Positions 21,230 to 34,199 of a DNA stretch of 64,000 nucleotides are shown one piece after another. Source of the DNA: Eledone cirrhosa. Its lineage: Eukaryota. Position numbers and translations under genes: made by a program. The stretch spans positions 372,062,001 through 372,126,000 of the forward strand of contig OZ024743.1 in the NCBI GenBank assembly GCA_964016885.1. Reading direction: 5' to 3'. A model generated the notes under the pieces. That model was not told the origin of the DNA and did no database searches. It saw nothing but the letters and a program-made list of their open reading frames with translations. The stretch's first letter is position 1. The number at the start of each line of letters is the position of its first letter.

Positions 21230-23985
21230 GCCAATGGGAGGCAGATTATGCATAAAAACAATGAAAAAGAAAAGAAAAAGAGGAAACAAGGGAAGCTGTA
21301 AAACAAGTTTCTGTTGTTGAATCTTTTCATAGCTTCCATGTACTCAAAGATTTTGTTTATATTTAGTAGACCTTTAATTATATATTGAACTTCCAATCTT
21401 GGTAGTTTTCTAAAGATTAGTTTCAGCATGGCTTCTCTTTAAGACTGATAGTTTCTACAACAGAGTTTCTGGAGAGTCATCACAAGAACATAGAGGTGAA
21501 TCTCTACAACCTGTTCTTGATAGAATAAAGTTTTGAATGTTGTTAAATCTGGTTGAAAAAATAAGGGATTGAAATTTGTGAGCTTATCTTTGGATTCTTC
21601 CCAAAATGTTTCCCACCCATGACTAATTATATGTTTGCTAAATGATTTTACTTGTGAAAGTTTTGGGATGTACTCTATAATTATTATTTCTCTTTGTGCT
21701 CCCTCTTTTGCTAATTCGTCTGCTCTCCTATTTCCTCTAATATTTGTATGGCCTGGTATCCAAATCACTGTTATTTCTTTATTATTTTCTGATAGGTAGT
21801 TATCTATTTTTAGCAGATCATTCTCAATATCTCTAATCCGACCCTTTTTTCTTGACTGAAGCAGTTCTAGCTTCAATAGACTATTAGTAAATAGAAAACC
21901 ATTTCTCCAGGGAATTCCTTAGCTGAATCTATGGATAATGTAATTCCCTATCATTCTGCATCAAATATCCTGATGTAATCTGAAGTTTTTATCTTTATAA
22001 TTATTTTTGAAAGTAGCTCCACAACACACCCCCTTGTCTGAATGTGCTCCGTCTGTGTAGCAGACCTAGCTGTTAAAAGAGATTGACTGTGTGATAGTGT
22101 TATGGAGTTCTTTTGCTTCCTCTTTTGTGTTTTTAATCATTATTTGGAGGAAACCAAATACCATGCTGTTTTCTTTTGCATTTAAACTGAGCAGTTGGCA
22201 TTTTGCCTTTCCTGGACTCTTCTATCAACAAGTGAGTTGGGGTTAACCCTGCTTCATGAAAAATCACTATCTTGGGGGTAGATCTTAGACATCCCAGTAT
22301 GGTTTTGCCAATTTGGGTATGGAATCTATGAATAGCTTGAAGATAGCTAATACTTGTTTGTCTCCAAACCCAGCTGCCATACAACAATTGAGCATTGATG
22401 ACTCCCTTATTATACAGTCTCAAGTGGTTGTATCTTTGAGATTACTTTAATTGCATGTTGAAGTCATTTTTTTCAGTGTGTGTTTGAGATGGGTTTTCTA
22501 TTTCAAGTCAGATTCAAACCCAATGTCTAGTATCTTGATGGATTTTTGTGGTATCAGTAGTTGGTTCAGGATTATGGAAGTGTTATGTTTTAGAGGGATC
22601 AAATTGTTGGCTATTCTCTTTTGACCATTCAGTTGTAGTTGATAATTTGGATAATTTGGTTTTGTTGTTGATGATACTAGATGAAGAATATAAGTTGATA
22701 TCATTTGCAAAATCTGATACTTCTACAATATTATTTAGTGATGTAAATAAGTCTGTTGTATAATATAGAAAGAAAATGGGTGATATTGGTGAACCCTGTG
22801 GGAGACCCTTTAAAAGGTAAATAATTTTGATTTTCATGTTTCTAAGAATCAGACTTGTACTATGATGAGTGAGAAAGCTTTCAACCCAGTTAAAAAGATA
22901 TTTGGGGATTTCAAATTTGTGTAGTTTTTTTTTTACTAGAGTCCTGAACCACATTATCATAAGCTCCCTCTATGTCTAGTTGATTTTTTCAAGAGTTTTG
23001 AGTTTCTGATGAATGTGGTTATTTCATGCACACAGTTCTCAGTGTTTCTATTCATTCAAAATCTGAACTTGGATTTGGGGAAAATGTTAATTGACTCTCC
23101 TAAGTAAGATAATATATTGCCTATATATGTTCTACCATGTTAGAAAGTTTTCTTAGATAGTATTGGATGGTAGAGTAGTAAGTTATCCTTATTTGGTTTT
23201 GGTATTACTAACATAGAGTAAATTTCCATATATCTGGATGGTGTTGGAATTTAATTATACTATTAAATAAGTTTAGCACAATCTCATGTATTACACAAGT
23301 TTCATTAATGATTAAATTGATTATACCATCAGGGACTGTGGCCGTTTCGATTTTCAACTCATCCTTAAATGCTAGTAGTTCTTGTTCAATAATGGGAGGG
23401 AAATCTGTTTGGAGTGAGAGGAACAGAAGCTTTCTAATGGGTAGTAGATTCTGTAATTGAAGTGTTGCCAAAATACGATTCTGCAAATAGTGAAGAGAGT
23501 TTGGAAGTGTCTGAGATTACCTCACCATTGTGGTCATGTATCAATAGCTCTTGATTTATTTGTGGGGGTTTGGGTTTGATTCATATATCACCCATGGTAC
23601 TCCACGTTAGCTTTGCTAGTCCAGAAATCATTTTTGGCTTGTTTTATTTGTCTTTTAAACTTTTTCTTTAGTCCTTTATATCTTTCATAATTGTAATCTG
23701 TAGAATGGTATTTTCATTTTTTTAATGACTGAGTTATTTCCCTTCTTAGTTGTTTTAGTTGTTCACTCCACCATGTAGTTGTTATCCTTATTACTGTTAT
23801 TTTTATTTGGATTGAAATACGTAAAAGATACTTTTTCAGTGATTGTATCCTGTATTTTCTCGATAAATATTTGTAGACTTGTTTTTAACTCTTCAGCTGA
23901 TTGGACATTGTAAAATTTGTTGTGGGGTGATAATTCTGCTTCTAAGTAATTAGTAAATTTAACCCAGTCAGTTTTGTGAAATTGA
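21230..23985 (-). mobile_element. Degenerate RNase H-containing LINE (I group)
   Basis: RT remnants PDGI, GLPQGSPISPIFF, FANDI; RNase H YTDG and ITVIWIPGHTNIRGNRRADELAKEG; many frameshifts. Confidence 0.82.
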
Positions 23986-24890
23986 TCATCATCATCTTCC
24001 ACCCTAGTGTGGGTAGGACGAGTTGACACTTAGGGAGAGAATCAGGTCAGCGGACCATGTTTAGCTCACTCGGGGCAGATTTTGGCTTGGTTTTTACAGC
24101 TGGATACCCTTCCTAATGCCTACCACATTTACAGTGTGTACGGGTGCTTTTTGTTGTGTCACCTGCATGACCACATTACAGTGTGGTCTGGGCACTTTTC
24201 TCTTGAAACTAGTGAGTGGGGGAGGAAGCTTGGGGAAATTGCGGATGTAGGTAATAGGGGAAAGATGGTTACCACAAAGGGAGGTATATGGGAGGGGAGA
24301 AGGTTGAGGAAGGTGTTGCCTACTAGGTATAAGCCTCAGCCTGAGAATAATAGAAGGTGGGTCTTCTATAGTACTACATAGTACCAGAGGTCGTGCTCCT
24401 GTGTCATTGCCTTGGTGAGGTGTAATTGTGCAAGGTCAGCTTTTATTATCTCATCCCAAGTCTTCTTAGGCCTGCCCACACCATGGCTACCATCGACTTT
24501 GAGCGCTCTGCACCTTTTTATACATCTGTCATTCTTCATACACATCACATGTCCATACCAATGCAATCTCCTCTCCTGCATGCAACAACTGATCCCTCTT
24601 ATACCTAATTTCTCATGCAGTACATTTATACTTTGCTGTTCACGTACATTGCTATTGCACATCCAGCGAAGCAAGGAGGCTTCATTTCTTTCCAATCTTC
24701 ACCAGTCCGCAGTACATAGTGCTCAGGACTCGCTGCTGTGCAACATTGCTGTTTGTATACATGCATCATATAGTTTGCCTTTCATTTTGAAGAGAAAACC
24801 TTTTGCAGTTAGTAATGGTAGTAGCTCCCTGAACTTTCTACAACCCAATCTCACTCTGGTTAGTGTGCTTTCAGAACACTCTCCCCCACT
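23986..24890 (-). mobile_element. RTE LINE 3' fragment
   Basis: ERNEASLLRWMC...RRLHWYGHVM...GRPKKTWDE, plus 3' UTR and (GAT)n. Confidence 0.85.
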
Positions 24891-25001
24891 ATATATAAAT
24901 ATATATATATATCCCCCTTCATACACCTAGCACATCCTAACTCTCCACCTACACCCTAGCACTCTACCCCATGGAAGAATAGACGTTAAACAGTGATGAT
25001 G

Positions 25002-25035
<34 letters not shown>

Positions 25036-25113
25036 CCACCCACACATACTATTACACACACATAAGTTACATAAAACTTTAATTTCTTACAGTTATTGCT
25101 ATATGTTACCTAC

Positions 25114-25282
25114 CTCATGGTAGCAAAACAGTCTTGAAGCCGCGCCAAGTTGATGGTATTGAGGGCGACTTCCAGAAGGGAGGGAGTAAATAACATTCGA
25201 GTGATTTGATTATCTTTTACGAATTGGCACAGTTGAATTGGGTCATAAATAACATTGTCGGGGATTATATACATTGGAATAC
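25114..25282 (-). CDS. Exon C of NRPS-like adenylation-domain gene
   Basis: Translates to (G)IPMYIIPDNVIYDPIQLCQFVKDNQITRMLFTPSLLEVALNTINLARLQDCFATM(R), with the IT....TPSLL motif typical of A domains. Acceptor TTTTTCAG|GT, donor AG|GTAGGT; 169 bp, phase 1-2. Confidence 0.9.
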
Positions 25283-25409
25283 CTGAAAAAATCAAACAAA
25301 CGCAATGTCTTAGAAAGAGTTAGAAAAGGAGTTCAAAGAAATCCTTTATTTTTTCTTCTTTTGTATTTCTTTTTTCTGCGAGATGTGACCATTATTATTA
25401 TCTTCATGA

Positions 25410-25625
25410 AGGCAGTGGATTGGCAGAATTGTTAGAGGGTTGCATAAATACTTTGCAATATTTGTTCTAGCTCTTTAAATTTTGAGTTTAAATTCTGCTG
25501 AGGTCAATTTTGCTTTTCATCCTTTCAGGGTTGATAAAATAAAGTACCAGTCAACAACTCAGGTTGATGTAATCAGATAACATTTACTCCCAAATTGCTG
25601 GCCTTGAGTCTAAACTAGAAATCAT
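25410..25625 (+). mobile_element. Old Nin-domain SINE
   Basis: GCTTTTCATCCTTTCAGGGTTGATAAAATAAAGTACCAG core. Confidence 0.7.
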
Positions 25626-26945
25626 TATCTTTGTTAAACATGGTTTAAGAAGTACACAATTTATCTTTAGACATATAATTAATTAATCGAGTAAAGGCAA
25701 GTTGTTCATAGGTTATTTTTATGAAACATTTCATTGATGATTAAAACAGTTTTTATCTTAACTTTTATCTGAAAAAAAAAACAACAAGAAAACAAACAAA
25801 CTTAGAAGTTTGAAAAATGAATGAACATGCACAAAGGCAATCAAGATAAAAACTAATGTGTTCAATTGATAATAAGAACTTCTGAAGGCTAATAACATCA
25901 GGCAAATGACCCTGTGCCCTATATAGGGATTAAATGAGAATCAATATGATTTTTTCTTCATATCCAAATTGTAATATATGACGGCAAAAGATGAAAAGGT
26001 AAGAAGAATCTGAAATGGATACAGAAAACAGTTTTGATCTTTGAGATGTCTAGTTGAGGACATAACAAACTCATTAGTGTTGGTGCCATAATAAAATGTT
26101 CCCAGTACACTCTGCAAAGTTGTAGGTGCTAAGATGGACATCCAACTATAGAATCAATGTGAAAGACAAAGTTCTTTGACCAACGTAGTCTCAGACTGTA
26201 ACAACCCATCCAAGTATGGAAAGGGAATGTACAATGATGATGATATCCTTTACCCCCCACCCCCCAAAAAAATCTAGATACATATTGAAGAATGAGGATG
26301 TTCAAGGCTCTAAGAATATTTATAAATGCTAGTATTGCTATTTTCTGGAAAATGCCTGTCTATCCTTTTAGGTAATTTGAGAAGGTCTTTTCAAAAGTGA
26401 TTCTGTATTATTACTGTTGTACCAATGGGATGATAGACACATTTAAAAAACCTTTTTGTGACCCTGTTTCTAATGAAAAGATTCTCTATTTCAATTAATT
26501 AACGAAACATTTTGAGTAATTGACTAAAATTATTAAGTATTTCATTAGTAATACAGTAACTTCACATATGGTTCTTATATAAAATAATGTTGGAATATAT
26601 CAATTTAACTAGTTTTAGTAGCAGTAGCAATGGTGGTTGTGGTGGTGGTGATGACAACTGCATTGATTTATCAGAATTTTACTTAAAGTGCTCTCAAGTT
26701 TTTATTGACATTATTATTGATATGTTCCTATTTCAGCATGCACTGATCAATAACAGAAGTTTAGAAGATTTGAGGAGAGGTTCATGTTGTTATAATATTG
26801 CCAGAAATATATAATAAAACACATTCACTATTTGGTTTAGGTTGGTTTTCACTTCATATATATTTCTATAATTAATTCAGCTGGCAATCAATGTTTATCA
26901 TTGATTGACCAACAGTTAAAAATATAAATATAAATATAGTTTCTC

Positions 26946-27530
26946 AGATTTCTATATAAGTCATTGTCATGTTTTTGCAGACACCCCCTGTACATTCTAT
27001 GCTATAGACTACATTTCTAGTTTTAAAATTTATTTGTGGATTTATTCTACATATTATACTTTTCTTATTAGTACAGTGGGTTTTCTTAAAGGGGTAAGTT
27101 TTACTGATCAGGGATTTTATGGTAGTTTCTGGCTTTTCTGCCACTTTAATCTATAAATGGGTCTTTCTAAATTGGTTAGCTAATTCACCTCCAGGGGTAG
27201 CATCCACGAACATGACACTCTGGTATCTCTGGTTGTCGTACCATGAAGTATCTTTCCCTATCTTATGTTTAGTCCTACCTATGCTCTTCCATGATTTGCT
27301 CCTGTATAGTGGGCAAATCCCTTTCATGCCCATCTCTATGAGGGTCTTATATTTCTCCGTGTCTCTTTGGTTGTAGCCAGAGAACTGCATGCAATTGATG
27401 AAGTGTTCTATGTGTCTCTCCATTTCAGTTGGATTGCACATGCGGGACACATTCTTCATCACTCTCACCAAGTCTGTGATCAGAATGTTAAACTTGGATA
27501 TCCCTGAGTTTTTGTGTAAAAGCTAAATTA
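26946..27530 (-). mobile_element. Penelope-like element fragment (different subfamily)
   Basis: MQFSGY, VMFVDATPGGELAN, C...C.IC......KTRNVVYSIEC: RT C-terminus to start of GIY-YIG. Confidence 0.65.
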
Positions 27531-29737
27531 ACTATATTGAATAATTCAATGAAGGGCAATATAGTATTCTATCTCTGATTAAAATAAATTTATGTTGAAT
27601 TTTTGTTAATTCTAGCTGTTTAACAGTCGAGTCTTATGTGTGGCTCTGTACACTATCATGTAAAACGTGGTAATCGATATACATGTAGTAGTTTGCCATT
27701 TGTTGAATCAATAAATACCCATTGATTTCAAAGATGTTTATTTATACTATATTGAATAAATAAATGATGAATGATATGCTGTTTTATATCCATGCTTTAT
27801 GAATAAGTTGATCCTGTACAAAGCGCTGTCAACTGAATTTCTAAAAATTCACAACTCTGAAAAGCAACTCAGCAACAAAACCAAATATCTGTCACATCAT
27901 CTTCAGAAGTATAAGAATGCATGGTAAAAATTTGAAAATGATATTGAACTGCCCACATGTTCAACTAACGGCATCAAAATGGGCATTTTTTTAGAAATTT
28001 TGAAATCACACATATTTCAAAAAATTATTCTGACACTCCCATAATAGTAATTAACATGGTTACTGCTCAGAAATGGTCTACTATATGCTAAGTAACAAGA
28101 AAGAAATTGTGGTTGCTTTATCTAGTGTGCCTATTGAGATAAAAAAAATACCTAAAAGAGGTATACATTTGCTGTACATTTAATTCTTGGCAATTTTCAG
28201 AGGCCTGTAGATGGAAAAATATACAAGATACACTTGATTTGATAATATATTATAAAAATATACAAGATACACTTGATTTGATAATATATTTGAACTAGTA
28301 TAGTTCAGAAAAAGTTAGCCCCAAACACATGATTTCAAAGTTGTGATTTCAAAAATGGCTGTCTCAAGTTGGTCCGAGAGACTCGTTTGGAAAAAAATGT
28401 TAAATTAATTAATATTATAAAGGCCTACAATTTCAAAACTATCAAAGATATTGACCTAATACTTTATATTTTTCCACCATATAGGTACAGGAGCTAGCAT
28501 GAATTTTTTCAGGGGGATCTGAGGAGGTGACCTGGGACCCTCTGGGTGATTTGACATGGAATGACCCAGGAGCAATACGCTTATGTATGCTGTTGCTTAT
28601 CAACATTGAACAAGCAGATCTATGATCTAATGCTTTCCAGCTATGACAATTCCAGCTTCTTTGTATACCCAGGATTACATTATTTAACGAATAGCTATTT
28701 TTTAAGGCAGTAGGACGTGTTTTGTTGGAGATTTGGCTATTTTAGTAACAGGTCAAATGACCACATAGAATTTCGCTTTTTGACTCATAATTTAACCCTT
28801 TCATGACCATATTTCTAACTATTTCAATAAATTAAGGAAGAATTTTGAAAAATTTACTAACATTGCATTACTCAGATAGTAACTTACCACATGATTCTGA
28901 TATAAAACAATGTTTTAAACCTTTAATCAAAATAGAAACTCTTTAAAATAGATGGTTTTGTTTCATAGCAGTAGAGCTGGTTTTGGCTGTTTCATAGAAT
29001 TAGAGCTGGTTTTGACTTGTATTCAAATTAAATGAAGTTCTATTTTAAATTATGTTCCAACAATAAAGATCTCATGGGATAGCTATAGTTGGAATGCTTT
29101 TGGATCATAGGTCTGCTTGCTCAGGGCTAACATGGGGCTAAACAACAACATTAATACAATTTTGGCCTTTAAATAGTAGAGAGTGATGAAGTAGAAAGGA
29201 TTGGGATAAACGACTGATAGAAGAGGTAATGGAAGGGAGACAGTGAATGACAGCTACATGCTGGTTGTTGGTAAAGTAATTGAATAGAAAAATGGCATGA
29301 TTGGGGAAGGTAGAGCAGTAAGAATGAGACAGTGTAATGGATGTGTGAGAGGGTGATGGGAGAAAGTGATAAGAGTGAGTGATGGGAATGAGAGAGTGAT
29401 GGGATGATGGGAGTAAGAGAGTGGTTGGAGAGAGGTAGTGACTGGTGCAAGAGAGATAATGATGGGAAAGTGGGAGAATGATGTATCTCAACAATTAGCA
29501 ATAGAGAAAGGAGTAATAAACATTATACCTGAAAAGATGATGGGATAGTTATGGCTGGAATGCTTTTGATCATAGGTTTACTCAATTTAAAGATGATCTT
29601 GGGTTAAGCAACATCGACAACATCAGTAATTAATTCTCGTAGATGGGATATTTATATTTTATCAGCCTAATGATGACAGAAACATATAGCGATGTGGTCA
29701 TTTATGTAAGGGTAAATGTTAATTTGACCATACATAC

Positions 29738-29869
29738 CTTTCAAAAGTGGACGTAGCATTTCCCAAATAAAGAAAACATTACATGCTTCTTTGTCACCTG
29801 GTTTGTAAGGAAATTCTTTATGTCGCCATATATACGAGAGAACTGCCCCTCTGTGTGGACACATAATTC
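29738..29869 (-). CDS. Exon B of NRPS-like adenylation-domain gene (A4 region)
   Basis: Translates to (G)IMCPHRGAVLSYIWRHKEFPYKPGDKEACNVFFIWEMLRPLLK(G). Acceptor TTTTCTAG|GA, donor AAAG|GTATGT; 132 bp, phase 1-1. Joins exon A as ...KPK-G-IMCPHRG. Confidence 0.9.
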
Positions 29870-29923
29870 CTAGAAAAACAACAAGAACAAAAACAACAAT
29901 GATAATGATAATAATAATGGTGT

Positions 29924-30026
29924 CTGATTTAGGCATGAGGCCAACAATTTTGAAGAGGGGGAAAGTTGATTAAATCGATCCCAACCTTCCCCCTCTTCAA
30001 AATTGTTGGCCTCATGCCTAAATCAG
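29924..30026. repeat. Short inverted repeat (about 45-bp arms) from a SINE tail
   Basis: CTGATTTAGGCATGAGGCCAACAATTTTGAAGAGGGGGAA ... TTCCCCCTCTTCAAAATTGTTGGCCTCATGCCTAAATCAG. Confidence 0.9.
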
Positions 30027-30029
30027 TAG

Positions 30030-31760
30030 GCAATCCCAGTTGTCACCTATAGTTTCAACATCATAAATTGGAACATTAATGAAATAAAGAAAAGGGCGGT
30101 GGATTGGCAGTATCGGTAGAGAGTCAGACGCCATGCTTTGCAGCATAGTTACGTCCCTTTACGGTCTGAGTTCAAACCCCGACGAGGTTGACTTTGCCTT
30201 TCATCCTTACGGGGTCGATAAAATAAAGTACCCGTAATGTACTGGGTAATTGCTGGCCTTGTGCCAAAAGTAGAAACAATTAATGAAATAAAGAAAATGG
30301 ATAGAAAAATCAGGAAACTTCTGACCTCTAATAAACTACATCACCCAAAAGCATTTGTGGATCGCCTTTGTCTCTTAGACAAAACAGAAGTAGAGGTATG
30401 ATCCAGCCTGAGCTGTCATGCAAAAATATCAACCATTGAACTCAAACAATACATGAAAATGACAAATGACTGGATAATGAAAATGGTTGCAGATCATGAA
30501 AGGAAGAAAAATCATAGTTTGAAAATGATGGTGATTCTGTAATTAAGGCTGCAAAGAACATCAAAATGTTGTCAAAATATGAAGGTCAATGGAGACTGTG
30601 TACTGAATGGGAACAAAAACCACTGCAAAAACTACATCACTCAAAAGCAGATGTGGATCACCTCTATCTCTCTAGACAAATGGAGGTAGAAGAATGATAC
30701 AGCTTGAGCTGCCATGCAAAATATCAACCATTGGTCTAAAACAATACCTGAAAATGACAAACAACTGAATAATGAAAATGGTTGCAGATCATGAAAGGAA
30801 GAAAAATCTACATTCAATTACGATGAAAGTAGGCTGTTTGTGGAAGAATTGGGAACTTAGTCTGAAAATGATGGTGATTCTGCAATTAAACCTCAAAGAA
30901 CATCAAAATGTCGACAAAAATGTCAATGGAGACTGTGTACTAAATGGGAGCAAAACCACTGCATGGGCAGTATATGCTCTGTAGCAAAGAACGAAAGGGT
31001 TTCATTTTGGCTGCACAAGACCAGTGTCTTCCAATGCACAACTTTCAAGCCGATGTGATCAGAAATGGAACTAACTCAAAGTGTTAATTTTGTGATAAGC
31101 AAGTTGAGACCATTGACCTCCTGGTTTCTGGCTGCAAAATATTGGCTTCCCAGGAATATAAAACTAGGTATGATAGAGTAGGGCAATACTTCCACTGGGT
31201 AATGTGCAGGTTTTATGGTCTGAAAACAACATCACTCAGATAAAGTAACAGTAGGCAAGAACGTGACAATCCTATGGGATTTCCCTGTGAACACCGACAA
31301 CAGACCTGATATAATTGTGAAGGACCATAAAGAGAAAACATGTTTCTTAATTGACCTGAGCATTCCATCAGATCGTAACATCTCGAAAGTGTTCAGAAAG
31401 CTCAGTAAATATAAAAATCTGACAATTGAAATTGAGAAAATGTGGCATCTTAAAACCTGTACAATACCAGTGATAGTCAGCACACTTGGAATGATATAAA
31501 AGAGTACTGAAAAATATTTGTACTGGATACCTGGAAAGCCATTTCAGGAAGAGAAAAAACAGTGCTGACTGGTACTGCCCATGTCCTAAGAAGGGCATTA
31601 TCAATTTAAAAACCTTGCAAAGACATTTACTGTGGTTTGTGCCCTTATGGCATCCTTTGTATGACAACTGATTCTAAAATATGTGTATTATTAAATTTTG
31701 CCTCCGGTGTCAGGTTGACACTCGGCATGATTTGGAAAAGAAGCAGAATTCAAAGGAAGT
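30030..31760 (+). mobile_element. Degenerate Dong/R4-like LINE with internal duplication of about 300 bp and nested SINE
   Basis: MDRKIRKLL..LHHPKA, KPLHGQY, GFILAAQDQ.L, C.FC....ETID.L.SGC, TILWDFPVNTD..PDIIVKD....FLIDLSIPSD. Confidence 0.8.
30093..30280 (+). mobile_element. Nin-domain SINE with TSD ATTAATGAAATAAAGAAAA
   Basis: Full head GGGCGGTGGATTGGCAG, B-box GAGTTCAAACCC, Nin core; flanking direct repeats. Confidence 0.85.
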
Positions 31761-31949
31761 AACAAATAATAATAATAATTTGGGCATATTTTCCAGTTAA
31801 ATAACATAAATGACTGAGTTATCAAATTCATAATAATTTTTTTTTTTTTTTGCAAAATCTCTAGCAATTTGTTAGGTGAAGAGTTAATTGGCCTAGCATC
31901 AGTCCTTGATCTCAGAGGCTCAATATATCATGCAGGATTCTGGCAGTGT

Positions 31950-34190
31950 TAGTGATAGCAGAAATTTGAGCACTACCTATGAAATCAGGGATCCGAAGGC
32001 TTTTGATGAAATACGTAAGCATTTAGAGACCATGCCTAGCACCCCAGTGATGATTGGCTAGACTTCTATCTCTACATAACGCTCAGTTCTGATAGCACCT
32101 GCAAGGTCTGCATAGTTACTGATCTTTTCCATTTCCTTTTCAGCCACATTGTGGTTTCGAGGGATTGCAATATCAATTAAAATCCATTTTTTGGGTCGCT
32201 TGTTTTTGCAACAATATCAGGGTGGTTATGTTGGATATGTTTGTGGTCTTGATCTTGAGCTCCCAAAATAACTCTACTCCCTCATCTAATAGGCAGGATC
32301 CAAAAGGAGTACGTTTGTACCATTGACATTGCGATTCAATGTATTTTTGTAAAACTCCGATGGATTCTTTTTGCTATAAGATCATGCCATATTTTGTAAC
32401 ATTGTTTTACTAATTGCTCACATCCACTAACAATATGTTTTACTGATTTGTCTGTTTATGGCATACTCTTCAAAGTGGGGAAAAATTTCGTCCATCGATG
32501 TTAGCTTTTACCCAATTTGTTCTGAGTGCCTTGTCTTGTGCAGCAGTAATATTCTCAGTGCTCTTTTTAACTCAACCCGACCTAAGCTAAAGCCAATACC
32601 TATGATCAGTAGTGTTATTAATTGTAGCTGAAAATTTGCCATGAAGAGCTTTTTCTTTCAATATATATTATTGTTTCTCTCTAAAGGCTTTGGTGAATGC
32701 TTTCTTACCTGGACATTATGTTATAAAGTCTTCCCTCAGAACTTCTTTGAGTAATGGTTCTTCAGTTAATGTTAGATAGTCCCACAAGCTGTTATACTCA
32801 CTACGTACACATTGCTCAACTGAAATTAAACCTCTCCCACCTTCCTTCTACAGCATAGCAATATTTGCCCTTGGGTGTAAGCACCCATTTTATGTTAAGA
32901 TCTTATGAGTGCATCTATCAATTCTTCCAAGGTCTTGTTTTATCCAATTAACTATTCCAGCACTATACCTCACTACTCCCAAAACCCATTGTGTTATTCC
33001 AGATGTTACATTTCCTGTATATAGTTTTCAGTTGAACAATTTTCTCACTCTCCTGATGTTCTCCTTTTCAATCTTTTCCTTCATTTCATTTGTTTTAATT
33101 CCTGGATCCTGCAACATGCCCAAGTATTTGTAACCTGTCCCTTCAATTTGTGACATTCTTTCACCACCAGGTATTTCAGTAACATCGATCCCAACCAATT
33201 TGCTCGTTTCCATTGACCCGGATATGGCACTTGTCTAAACCAAACTTTATGCCTATATCATTGGATACAATCCTCACTGTGTGGACAAGTGAATGAAGTT
33301 CTCTTTCAGTATGGCCATACTAACTTTAAATTGCCCATGAACAATAGATGGTTTATAGGCATGGACACTTTCGAAATGAAATATCCACAATTTGTTTCTA
33401 TAATAAGGGGAATCAGTATAATGATAAACAACAAAGGTAACAATGAGTCTCTTTGGAAAATACCTTGTCCGATGCAAACCTCTCCTAGAACTTCATTACC
33501 AGATGACATTTCTGTTCTCCATTGCTCCATGCATTTCCTTGATGTTATCTGCTACACCTAAGAGTGGGGCACCATGTCGTAGGCTTTCTTGTAATCTATG
33601 AAAGCCATTGCCAAGTTTTCATTCTCTTGCAAATAGCTTTATCAATTAAAACTGGTCCTTTGTTCCCTTTGGACTCTCTATGACATACTTTCTGTTCATT
33701 TGGGAGGAAATTTGCCTCATTCAGATGTTCGTATATCTTGTTCCTGATAATCCCAGTCAAGTTTCCAAATAATTGCCAGGCCCGTAATTGGCAGGTCAGT
33801 AATTGGCAGGTCAGTAATTGGCAGCCACATTTTCCTTTGCTTTGTCCTTCACTATAAGGACTGTCTGACTCTTGGTCATACAATTTGGAACTACTCCTAA
33901 CTGCAAGCACTTGTTCAAGTGCTAAGTGATCCTATCATGTATGTCACTCATTTTTATGTACCAGAATCCTTGGAGGCTTTTCAGCTTACCATTCCTATAG
34001 AAAACTGTTTAACAACACTGGAGTTAATGCTGATGTTATCTTGTTTCACATTCTGGTTTAGTTGATGTCTTACTCTTTGAAGCCACTCTGTCTCATCCTT
34101 ATAAGAAGGTATTCCATAGATGTTCCAAAATTCAGATGCCTCAACTGGATCAGGAAGCATTCTCTGTTTTGCATTTGCCATTGAGTTCTT
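31950..34190 (-). mobile_element. Degenerate Dong/R4-like LINE
   Basis: FLPNEQK, GIFQRDSLLPLLF, INHLLFMGNLKL, YKYLGM, and C-terminal endonuclease remnants. Confidence 0.8.
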
Positions 34191-34199
34191 TATAATAAT

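Noticed and set aside
28540-28568. Possible DNA-transposon terminus (minus strand GGGTCATTCCATGTCAAATCACCC)
   Set aside because: No matching partner TIR or transposase was found, so it cannot be classified.
29138-29540. His/Ser/Leu-rich ORFs (also 4764-5180)
   Set aside because: Reverse translations of purine-rich low-complexity DNA.
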